The translations under genes were made by a program, and so were the position numbers. From the NCBI RefSeq assembly GCF_017876815.1, contig NZ_JAGIOS010000002.1, forward strand, positions 1,560,001 through 1,592,000: a stretch of 32,000 nt of DNA, given 5' to 3'. This DNA comes from Sinorhizobium meliloti. GTDB lineage: Bacteria > Pseudomonadota > Alphaproteobacteria > Rhizobiales > Rhizobiaceae. Positions 16,643 to 24,284 of this stretch are shown here, piece by piece (position 1 is the stretch's first letter; each line of letters begins with the position of its first letter). A model generated the notes under the pieces. The model worked only from the letters and a program-made list of their open reading frames with translations, searched no databases and was not told the DNA's origin.

Positions 16643-17323
16643 TTGAAAACCTATAGAGAACCTGCGGCCGTCAGCTTCGGCTTGCCTGCCTCCTTGGGAT
16701 TTTACCGTCTCAAGCGTTTCCTCGATTGCCTGTTTGCCGGAACCGTTTTCGTCCTGTGCCTGCCGCTGATGGTGGTCACGGCAGTGGTTGTTTGGGCTAC
16801 CCTCGGCTTGCCGCTGTTCTTCACCCAGGCGCGCGCCGGTGCGGGGATGCGCGTCTTTACCGTTGCCAAATTCCGCACGATGACGGATGCGCGGGCACCT
16901 GACGGCACGCTTTTGCCGGATGCGTTGCGGCAGACCGCCGCGACCGCTCTGTTGCGGCGGCTGCGCTTCGATGAACTGCCGCAACTCATTGCGGTGCTTT
17001 CCGGCGACATGTCGATGGTAGGTCCGCGCCCGCTTCCCTTGGCGACCGTCGCCGGCTTCGGCGAACTAGGCCGCATGCGCTGCCGCATCGCCCCGGGAAT
17101 GACCGGCTGGGCACAGGTAAACGGCAATACGCGGCTTTCGGACGAGGAGAAGATCGCTCTCGACCTCTGGTATGTCGCACATACCAGCCTCTGGCTCGAT
17201 GCGCGGATCCTCCTGTTGACCCTGAAAACGCTGGTCACCGGTGAGCGGGTTCATGCGCGGCATCTGCAAGAGGCCAGGGAGTTTCTTTCGCGCCGCCTTG
17301 GCGCAGAGACGCCGAAGGCGTGA
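16643..17323 (+). CDS. Small monotopic phosphoglycosyl transferase (Bac_transf; ExoY/PglC/WbaP-C-terminal type), initiating enzyme
   Basis: The sequence reads LKRFLDCLFAGTVFVLCLPLMVV...PLFFTQARAG...FTVAKFRTM...DELPQLIAVLSGDMSMVGPRPLP...PGMTGWAQVNG. It starts at a TTG. Confidence 0.9.
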   Translation: MKTYREPAAVSFGLPASLGFYRLKRFLDCLFAGTVFVLCLPLMVVTAVVVWATLGLPLFFTQARAGAGMRVFTVAKFRTMTDARAPDGTLLPDALRQTAATALLRRLRFDELPQLIAVLSGDMSMVGPRPLPLATVAGFGELGRMRCRIAPGMTGWAQVNGNTRLSDEEKIALDLWYVAHTSLWLDARILLLTLKTLVTGERVHARHLQEAREFLSRRLGAETPKA

Positions 17324-17375
17324 TGCGGCGGATGAGCGCGCGCCAAGGCGGCAATATTTTTGATCAGGAGGTTTC

Positions 17376-18062
17376 ATGGGTGGCGGGCAGATATCTTTCG
17401 GGCGCACTCTGGTCGTGGCGCCGCATCCCGATGACGAGGTGCTCGGCGCAGGCGGGACGATCGCGCGGCTCGCGGCCGAAGGTGAAGAGGTCTTCGTCGC
17501 GGTCGTGACGGAGGGAAAGCCTCCCGCCTTCGATCCGGAGGCAACTGCCCGGATACAGGCAGAAGCGAGGCAAGCGCACCGCGCCTTGGGCGTCACGGAA
17601 ACCATATGGCTCCGGCTGCCGGCAGCACAGCTTGCGGAAACGGCGCATGCGACCGTCAATGCCGCCTTGCTCGAACTCGTTCACCGGCTGTCGCCGCAAA
17701 CCGTCTTATTGCCCTTCGTGGGCGACATGCACATGGACCATCAGTTGACCTTCACGTCAGCGCTGGTCGCCTGCCGGCCGCACCAGGCGGAATTCCCAAA
17801 GCTCGTTCTCGCCTACGAGACCCTGTCAGAGACAAATTGGAATGCGCCCTATCTGTCTCCGGCGTTCGTGCCGAACGTCTTCGTCGATATCAGCGAGCAT
17901 CTCGAGGCAAAGCTCAAGGCGATGGAGTTGTTTGCTTCCCAGGTGCGCCAGCCGCCGCATGAGCGCTCGATCGCGACCCTCAGGGCGCTGGCGACCTTGC
18001 GCGGGGCGACCGTGATGCGGCAAGCGGCGGAAGCTTTCGTATTGGTCCGGCACGTCGTCTAG
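17376..18062 (+). CDS. PIG-L/LmbE-family N-acetylhexosamine de-N-acetylase
   Basis: It has the signature LVVAPHPDDEVLGAGGTIARL and a downstream HMDHQ metal-ligand region. An AGGAGG lies 4 nt upstream of the ATG. Confidence 0.9.
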   Translation: MGGGQISFGRTLVVAPHPDDEVLGAGGTIARLAAEGEEVFVAVVTEGKPPAFDPEATARIQAEARQAHRALGVTETIWLRLPAAQLAETAHATVNAALLELVHRLSPQTVLLPFVGDMHMDHQLTFTSALVACRPHQAEFPKLVLAYETLSETNWNAPYLSPAFVPNVFVDISEHLEAKLKAMELFASQVRQPPHERSIATLRALATLRGATVMRQAAEAFVLVRHVV

Positions 18063-18130
18063 GTTGAGGGACGGCGTCGCACGGAATTACTCACTATTGC
18101 CACAAGACCCAATTCAAATCGGAGGGACAG

Positions 18131-19321
18131 ATGGGACGCTGGCCGGTTTACGACGAGGAGCAGATCGAGGATGTCGTGTCGGTCCTCAGATCTGGCGAGG
18201 TGAATGCCTGGACGGGACCGCACGTCCGCAACTTCGAGGCTGCCTATGAGCGCTTTCTCGGCGTAAAATATGCGGTGGCTCTCGCCAACGGAACGGTGGC
18301 GCTGGACCTCGCGCTCTTCGCGCTCGGACTTGAGCCGGGCGATGAGGTCATCGTGACGCCGCGCAGTTTCATTGCCTCGGCCTCAACGGTGCCGATGGCG
18401 GGTGGAGTTGCGGTTTTCGCCGACGTCGATCGCGACAGCCAAAACATCACCGCGGAAACCATAAGGGCGAAGCTGACGCCGAGGACCAAGGGCGTCATCG
18501 TCGTGCATCTGGCCGGCTGGCCCTGCGACATGCCCGCCATAATGGCGCTTGCCCGCGAAAAGGGGCTGTGGGTGATAGAGGATTGCGCTCAGGCGCACGG
18601 CGCCGAAATCGACGGCCGGCCGGTCGGCAGTTTCGGTGACATAGCGGCTTTTTCCTTCTGTCAGGACAAGATCATCACCACTGGAGGCGAGGGCGGGCTC
18701 GTGGCGATGAACGACGACGAGCTCTGGAAAAAGGCCTGGAGCCGCAAGGACCATGGCAAGTCGTATGACGCCGTCTACAACAAAGAGCACCCTCCGGGTT
18801 TCAGGTGGCTGCATGAGTCCATCGGCACCAACTGGCGCATGATGTCGATCCAGGCGGTCATGGGATCGCGTCAGTTGCAGCGCCTGACGGAATGGCGCAG
18901 CATAAGAGCGCACAATGCGGCTATTATCGCCAGAGCGGCCGAGGAGATCGAGGCTTTGCGCACGCCCTTGCCGCCCCGTGGGATTCAGCACGCGTGGTAC
19001 AGGTTCTATACGTTTCTTCGGCCGGAGCGCCTGCGGCCCGACTGGAGCCGGGACCGGATCATTGCCGAAATCAACGGCGCCGGCGTCGCATGCTTCAGCG
19101 GCAGTTGCTCGGAAATCTACTTGGAAAAAGCCTTTACGGACATCGGTATGGCCCCGGCCCAGAGATTGCCCGACGCGCGCGAGCTCGGCGAGACGAGCCT
19201 GGCCTTCCTGGTCGACCCCGCGCTCGATACGGCGGCAATGGAGAAGGCGGCGCATGTCCTGCGGGAGGTGTTTGCAAGGGCCAGCATCGGCAGGCCAGCC
19301 CTCGATGCCGCGCGGCGTTAG
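18131..19321 (+). CDS. DegT/DnrJ/EryC1/StrS-family PLP-dependent nucleotide-sugar aminotransferase
   Basis: Family motifs are present: FE..YE.FLGVKYAVALANGTVALDLAL, VIVTPRSFIASA, VIEDCAQAHGA and AFSFCQDKIITTGGEGG, which contains the PLP lysine. Confidence 0.95.
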   Translation: MGRWPVYDEEQIEDVVSVLRSGEVNAWTGPHVRNFEAAYERFLGVKYAVALANGTVALDLALFALGLEPGDEVIVTPRSFIASASTVPMAGGVAVFADVDRDSQNITAETIRAKLTPRTKGVIVVHLAGWPCDMPAIMALAREKGLWVIEDCAQAHGAEIDGRPVGSFGDIAAFSFCQDKIITTGGEGGLVAMNDDELWKKAWSRKDHGKSYDAVYNKEHPPGFRWLHESIGTNWRMMSIQAVMGSRQLQRLTEWRSIRAHNAAIIARAAEEIEALRTPLPPRGIQHAWYRFYTFLRPERLRPDWSRDRIIAEINGAGVACFSGSCSEIYLEKAFTDIGMAPAQRLPDARELGETSLAFLVDPALDTAAMEKAAHVLREVFARASIGRPALDAARR

Positions 19322-19324
19322 AGC

Positions 19325-19340
19325 AGTTCCATCCGGAACT
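19325..19340. terminator. Short hairpin in the 37-bp gap between convergent genes
   Basis: AGTTCC-ATCC-GGAACT forms a 6-bp stem. There is no U tract, so the call is weak. Confidence 0.2.
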
Positions 19341-19358
19341 AGGCGCGCAGGTGCGGGT

Positions 19359-20201
19359 TCAGACGTTCAATCCCGTGTGGCCGACGAGACGTTTGGCGGA
19401 GACCGTCAGGTCGGCCGCGCACAAACCCTCGACCTCTGCGACCTGCGCCTCGTCCAGATAGTCCCTGAACCCACCTGCCTTACCACGGCGCATGCGCAGG
19501 CTTTCCACGTCGTTCCGATCGTAGTCATGAGCCGGAATGCCTTCTACCCGCTCCCTGTCCTGCATGGCCTCGAACCGGCCGGCCTCGACCGCTGCCCGGA
19601 GCGCCGTTCGATCGACCGGACAGCGGAGAAATTCCAGCACCGCCTCGGTTTGTCCTTCCGTGTCGGCGGAGAGGCCCTCGTAGCTCAGAACGAAGTGCGC
19701 GCGGTTGGACAGGCCGGCTGCCCAGCGATTGAGATAACCGATCATCTTGGGCATACCCTGGTCACGGTCCTTTATGAACTCCGTAAGGGTGCCGGCGAAA
19801 CGGTGTTTGTGCCGGGTCGCATGGAAATAGGCCGACACGATCACGTCGCGCGGGTCTCTTACCATCATGATGACCGGACGCCTGAGGAACAGGCTGGCGC
19901 GATAGTCCAGGTGGCTGACGAGGATCGTCGGAATTGCGTCTTGCGCCTCGCGGAAGCGGTAACCCGGCATTCCGCGCACCGGGTCGAGATCGAAATTCGG
20001 TACGATCGAGAACATGTTATGAAGGTCTATCGGTTCCGGCACGCGCGCGATCGTCGCGAGATAGTGGGAAAGAACGTACCGAAACCAGGTGCGGCCCGAT
20101 TTTGGATAGGAGATCAGGAAACTGTCGGCTTGAGCGGCATAAGTGGTAAGCCGTACCCGCTTCTCCACCCGACGCCATGCCCGCCTGAGAATACTTGCCA
20201 T
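19359..20201 (-). CDS. Sulfotransferase, cytosolic-ST-like Sulfotransfer_1 (ST-C)
   Basis: It has a 5-prime-PSB loop LISYPKSGRTWFRYVL and a 3-prime-PB motif MMVRDPRDVIVSAYFH. It appears monocistronic, with a long AT-rich upstream region. Confidence 0.9.
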   Translation of the reverse strand: MASILRRAWRRVEKRVRLTTYAAQADSFLISYPKSGRTWFRYVLSHYLATIARVPEPIDLHNMFSIVPNFDLDPVRGMPGYRFREAQDAIPTILVSHLDYRASLFLRRPVIMMVRDPRDVIVSAYFHATRHKHRFAGTLTEFIKDRDQGMPKMIGYLNRWAAGLSNRAHFVLSYEGLSADTEGQTEAVLEFLRCPVDRTALRAAVEAGRFEAMQDRERVEGIPAHDYDRNDVESLRMRRGKAGGFRDYLDEAQVAEVEGLCAADLTVSAKRLVGHTGLNV

Positions 20202-20339
20202 CGTCTGTCCCTCAAATTGAGATCACCGGCGCGAAGTGCACGCATGGGTAAACGTTGTTTTGGTTCGCTGATCGTGCAGAATAGAACAATATGTCGTTTC
20301 AGGAATAGTTCTACATTCCATTTCATGAAAGGATTTGGA

Positions 20340-20402
20340 ATGAAAAAAGAAATTCTTTGCGTGTGCAGTGGTCGCGCGACTTGTGTGGTATTGATTCTTT
20401 GA
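20340..20402 (+). CDS. Hypothetical 20-aa Cys-rich hydrophobic micro-ORF (MKKEILCVCSGRATCVVLIL); very speculative
   Basis: AAAGGA lies 6 nt upstream of the ATG at 20340. The ORF sits in the AT-rich 500-bp intergenic region, and its stop overlaps the (TTAA)3 palindrome. There is no homology evidence. Confidence 0.12.
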   Translation: MKKEILCVCSGRATCVVLIL

Positions 20403-20415
20403 ATTAATTAATTAA
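20402..20415. repeat. AATTAATTAATTAA tetranucleotide repeat; TTAATTAATTAA (20404-20415) is a perfect 12-bp palindrome
   Basis: It was read directly from the sequence and stands out in a GC-rich replicon. Its function is unknown. Confidence 0.5.
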
Positions 20416-20703
20416 GCTTACGGTTCCGGGTCGGCCGGCGGCTGGCAATTTCAGGCATTCGTTTTAGCAATTTGAATATGAAATGAAAAACAAGCATTCT
20501 GTCAATAACGTGCTTGCATACGGCGTGAGGCGCGCCCGGTAACATTCCAATCGGCATTGGTGAAGATCGTGGTGTTTTGCATCGCGAAGACGGAATGGAG
20601 GCACCAGATGATGTCCCTTGGGCGAAGAGAAACCGTTGCTGCGGCGGCAGCCACTACTCCTGTCCGTGACGCTCGCCGGGCTTCAGGGGAGGGGTATCTC
20701 GAA

Positions 20704-21885
20704 ATGAACGACAGTTCGAATTCCCCGGCGTCGAATATATCCGGAGCGCGTGTGACGATCGTCCTGCCGGGCCTCGGCGCCGGCGGCACCGAGCACGTGG
20801 TGAACCTGGTTGCCAACCATTGGGTTCGGCGCGGCTGCAAAGTGACGATCATCACCCTCGAACCGCCGGATGCGAAGCCCTATTACGCGTTGGATCCAAA
20901 GATCTCAATCGAGCGCCTCGGTTTGCCGCCGCAAAGGGCTGGGAAGATCGAGGCGGGCCTGCTTGTGCTCAAGAGAATCTATCGCTTGCGCTCCGCCATT
21001 CGCCGCTCGCAGCCCGATTTCGTGTTGAGCTTTCTGACCCGAACGAACGTGCTGACGCTGCTGGCGACGATCGGGCTGCAGGCTCCGGTGATCGTGTCCG
21101 AGCGCAACAATCCGGCGCTGCAACCTTTCGGCCCAGTCTGGAAATGGGTTCAGCGCCGCCTATATCCGCGCGCGTTCGGTCTCGTGACGATGACCAAGGG
21201 CGCGCTCGACTATTTTCCAGAGAAGATGCGCAGTAGGGGGTGGGTGGTCGCCAACGCCGTCGACCTGCCCGGCGAGTGGCAGAAAAGACGCGGCAACAAT
21301 ATCTTGGCCGCGGTTGGCCGGCTCACGCGTCAGAAGGGCTTCGATCTCCTGATCGAGGCCTTTGCGCGGATTGCCACGAGGCACCCCGAATGGAAGCTCG
21401 TCATCTGGGGCGAGGGCGATGACAGGAAATCGCTCGAGGCACTGCGGGACGCGCTGGATCTGAGGGACAGGGTTGAGTTGCCGGGCGTGACCCAAAGGCC
21501 GGGGCTGTGGGTGGAGACGGCCGACGTCTTCGTATTGTCGTCCCGTTACGAGGGATGGGGCATCGTCTTGCTCGAGGCCATGGCTGCAGGGCTCCCCGTG
21601 GTTTCCTTTGCATGCGAGTGGGGCCCCTCGGACATGGTGAAGCATGGTGAGGATGGGATCCTCGTTCCCAGTAACGATGTGGATGCGCTTGCCGAGGCAC
21701 TGTCCAGGATGCTCGGTGACGGTGAGCTCAGGAGCCGTCTTGCTGCAAATGCCGAGGCGAGCGCCAAGAGATACTTGCCGGAGCGCATACTTTCGCAATG
21801 GGACGCAGTCGCGTCGTCGGCCCTGAAACACTCGGCCCGCGAACATGCCAGGACGGTGTCGGCCGCCGAACCCGGTTCGGCTTGA
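20704..21885 (+). CDS. GT4-family glycosyltransferase
   Basis: The N-terminus reads RVTIVLPGLGAGGTEHVV. The C-terminal region reads SSRYEGWGIVLLEAMAAGLPVVSFACEWGPSDMVKHGEDGILV. The track ORF begins at 20557, but the ATG at 20704 follows GGGAGGGG at a good distance and removes a non-GT-like leader. Confidence 0.9.
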   Translation: MNDSSNSPASNISGARVTIVLPGLGAGGTEHVVNLVANHWVRRGCKVTIITLEPPDAKPYYALDPKISIERLGLPPQRAGKIEAGLLVLKRIYRLRSAIRRSQPDFVLSFLTRTNVLTLLATIGLQAPVIVSERNNPALQPFGPVWKWVQRRLYPRAFGLVTMTKGALDYFPEKMRSRGWVVANAVDLPGEWQKRRGNNILAAVGRLTRQKGFDLLIEAFARIATRHPEWKLVIWGEGDDRKSLEALRDALDLRDRVELPGVTQRPGLWVETADVFVLSSRYEGWGIVLLEAMAAGLPVVSFACEWGPSDMVKHGEDGILVPSNDVDALAEALSRMLGDGELRSRLAANAEASAKRYLPERILSQWDAVASSALKHSAREHARTVSAAEPGSA

Positions 21886-21928
21886 GCCGAACCATAATCC
21901 GGAGAGATTTGCGCCGGCCTACAGCGCC

Positions 21929-21948
21929 GCGCGTCTTATCGGACGCGC
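21929..21948 (+). terminator. GC-rich hairpin downstream of the GT4 gene (possible terminator/attenuator)
   Basis: GCGCGTC-TTATCG-GACGCGC forms a perfect 7-bp stem 44 nt after the stop. There is no U tract. Confidence 0.3.
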
Positions 21949-22086
21949 AAAGGTCGCCGTGGCTGGCGCTCCGGCGCGAGGCCGCGATCCATGCATCCTT
22001 CGGAGTGCACGGGATTGCCTTGTGACGCGTATGTGTTGATATGCCACTATCATCGCCGAGTGGTCTGGCGATCAGGGGGCTATCGC

Positions 22087-24207
22087 ATGGGTGCAGGTGT
22101 AGGGCGCGTCACAGCAGTCTTTATCTTTTTTCTCCAACTGATCTCTGCTCCTGCGGCTTTCTCGGCGGCTCAAGAGCCGGGGGCAGCGCCTCCGGCCAAG
22201 GTGCAGCAGCTTTTTCAGTTGTTGGATGATCCCGAGGTCCGTCACTGGATCGAGACCAGGCCGGGAATCGAGACCAGGCAGGCGTCCCCCGCGCCCGTCG
22301 CCGTCACACCGCCCCAGAGCTTCGCTTCACGCTGGATTGCCGAGGTCAGGAGACACCTTACCGCGCTTCTGAACGCCGCGCCGCGTGTGTTGCCCGAATG
22401 GCAGGCGGCGAGAGACCGCGTGTCCGGCGACATGCAGAGCCAGGGAAGGTTGCCGATCATCTGGGCTTTTGCCCTAGTTCTGCTGATCGGCTACGGCGCC
22501 GAGTTCCTTCTGCGCCGTCTCCTGCGACGCAGTGCCAGCCGCAACAACGCGCAATCAGGAAGCGGGCTGGCGGCCTTCGTACGCATCGCGCCGCTTATCG
22601 CCTTCGCCATCGCTGCCATTGCTGCTTTCGTGATCGCCGATTGGCCGAGCAACCTCGGGGCAGCGGTCGCGCCGCTTCTGATCGCCTGGATCGTGGCTCG
22701 TCTTTTGATCGCGATCGCATCGGCCGTATTGACGCCGGCTATCTCCGGGCGCGCGGCCACGGATCAGGCGAGGTCGTATGTATCGCTTACTCCGCATAGT
22801 GCCCGTTACTGGCTTAGGCGGTCCGTGCTCTTCATCTGTACCGTCGCTTTCGTATGGGCCATCGGCGATATGATGCGGGCGCTTGCCTTTCCCGAAGACG
22901 TGCGCAACCTCACGGGCGCGGTCCTGGGGCTTGTCGTTCTCGGACTGGCGATCGACACGACGTTGCGCCGGCCGGTTGCCGAGATGGCGCCCGCGCGCCG
23001 CATCCTGCGCAATGCCTTGATCGTTTCCTTCCTAATCTTGCTCTGGTTCTTCTGGGTTGCAGGCATGGAAGTGCTGTTCTGGCTCGGCGTCTATGTCCTT
23101 GGTCTCCCGCCTCTGCTGCGCTTCACCAGCGCCGCTACCAGAACGATGCTGGATGCTGCCGCGGCGGAGGACTTCCGCGTCCTGCGCAATGTTCTGATCG
23201 AGCGAGGGGCGAGGCTCGTGATCATCGCGCTCGCTGCCGTATGGCTTGCCATGGCCTTTCGCATCAACGGCGCGCAGATGATGCAGGACGACGCCTTCAA
23301 CCGCATCTTCCGCGGCGTGCTGGCCGGCATCGTCATACTGCTTGCGGCCGATCTCGTCTGGCAGCTTGCCAAGGAATCCATCAATGTGCGCATGGCGCGC
23401 GCCAGCCTGACCGTGCAGGATTCCGCCGAGCTCGCGCGCAATACGCGCCTGCGCACGCTGCTGCCGATCCTGCGCAATTTTCTCGCGGCCTTCATCGCGG
23501 TCGTCGCCGGCATGATGGTGCTTTCGGGCCTCGGCGTCGAGGTCGGCCCGCTGATCGCCGGTGCCGGCGTCTTTGGTGTCGCCATCGGTTTCGGCTCACA
23601 GACCCTGGTCAAGGATATCCTCAGTGGCGTGTTCTACATGATGGACGATGCCTTTCGGGTCGGCGAATACATCCAAAGCGGCAGCTACAAAGGCACAGTG
23701 GAATCCTTCAGCATCCGTTCGGTGAAGCTTCGGCATCACCGCGGACCGGTGTTCACCGTTCCTTTCGGCTCGCTCGGCGCTGTCCAGAACATGAGCCGCG
23801 ACTGGGTTATCGACAAGTTCATGATCAACGTCTCCTACGATGCCGACGTTGCCAAGGTGAAGAAGGTCGTCAAGGGCATAGGCGCCGCGCTCCTCGACGA
23901 TCCCGAACTCGGGCCGCTGATCATAGAAACGGTGAAGATGAAGGGCGTCGAGCAGTTCGGCGACTATGGCATCACCTTAAGTTTCGCCATGACGACGAAG
24001 CCCGGACACCAGACCCAGATCAGGCGCCGGGCCCAGGCCATGATCAAGGATGCCTTCGCGGCCAACAGCATCCACTTTGCCTCGCCGACCGTGCAGGTCG
24101 CCGGTGATGAAGCGCAAGCGACAGCGGCCGCCGCCGCGACACGCGACGCAATCGCCAAGAAGAACGCGGCGCTCGCCCAGGGCGGCGGGGAGGCAGCGGC
24201 GGAATAG
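22087..24207 (+). CDS. Large MscS-family mechanosensitive channel (YbiO/MscK-size class)
   Basis: It has a signal-like N-terminus (MGAGVGRVTAVFIFFLQLISAPAAFSA), multiple TM helices and an MscS core (GVAIGFGSQTLVKDILSGVFYMMDDAFRVGEYIQSGSYKGTVESFSIRSVKLRHHRGPVFTVPFGSLGAVQNMSRDW). The ATG at 22087 follows AGGGGG; the track start at 21991 is less likely. Confidence 0.9.
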   Translation: MGAGVGRVTAVFIFFLQLISAPAAFSAAQEPGAAPPAKVQQLFQLLDDPEVRHWIETRPGIETRQASPAPVAVTPPQSFASRWIAEVRRHLTALLNAAPRVLPEWQAARDRVSGDMQSQGRLPIIWAFALVLLIGYGAEFLLRRLLRRSASRNNAQSGSGLAAFVRIAPLIAFAIAAIAAFVIADWPSNLGAAVAPLLIAWIVARLLIAIASAVLTPAISGRAATDQARSYVSLTPHSARYWLRRSVLFICTVAFVWAIGDMMRALAFPEDVRNLTGAVLGLVVLGLAIDTTLRRPVAEMAPARRILRNALIVSFLILLWFFWVAGMEVLFWLGVYVLGLPPLLRFTSAATRTMLDAAAAEDFRVLRNVLIERGARLVIIALAAVWLAMAFRINGAQMMQDDAFNRIFRGVLAGIVILLAADLVWQLAKESINVRMARASLTVQDSAELARNTRLRTLLPILRNFLAAFIAVVAGMMVLSGLGVEVGPLIAGAGVFGVAIGFGSQTLVKDILSGVFYMMDDAFRVGEYIQSGSYKGTVESFSIRSVKLRHHRGPVFTVPFGSLGAVQNMSRDWVIDKFMINVSYDADVAKVKKVVKGIGAALLDDPELGPLIIETVKMKGVEQFGDYGITLSFAMTTKPGHQTQIRRRAQAMIKDAFAANSIHFASPTVQVAGDEAQATAAAAATRDAIAKKNAALAQGGGEAAAE

Positions 24208-24284
24208 TCGGGGCATTGCAGCCGCACGTCGTCGGGCTGCGGGCCTGTTGACATCGGGACGGGAGGCGGGATAGCTCGCGCCGA

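Noticed and set aside
18383-20402. Long ORFs 18383-19255 (-), 18892-19461 (+) and 18915-20402 (+, 495 aa)
   Set aside because: They are off-frame or antisense overlaps of the DegT aminotransferase and ST-C genes. Their composition is the Arg/Pro/Gly-rich type typical of wrong frames in high-GC DNA. Only the last 20 codons of the 495-aa ORF fall in non-coding DNA, and those are reported separately as a speculative micro-ORF.
22854-24107. 417-aa plus-strand ORF overlapping the MscS gene in another frame
   Set aside because: Its translation is extremely Arg/Gly/Pro-rich with no domain, whereas the MscS frame has canonical channel motifs.
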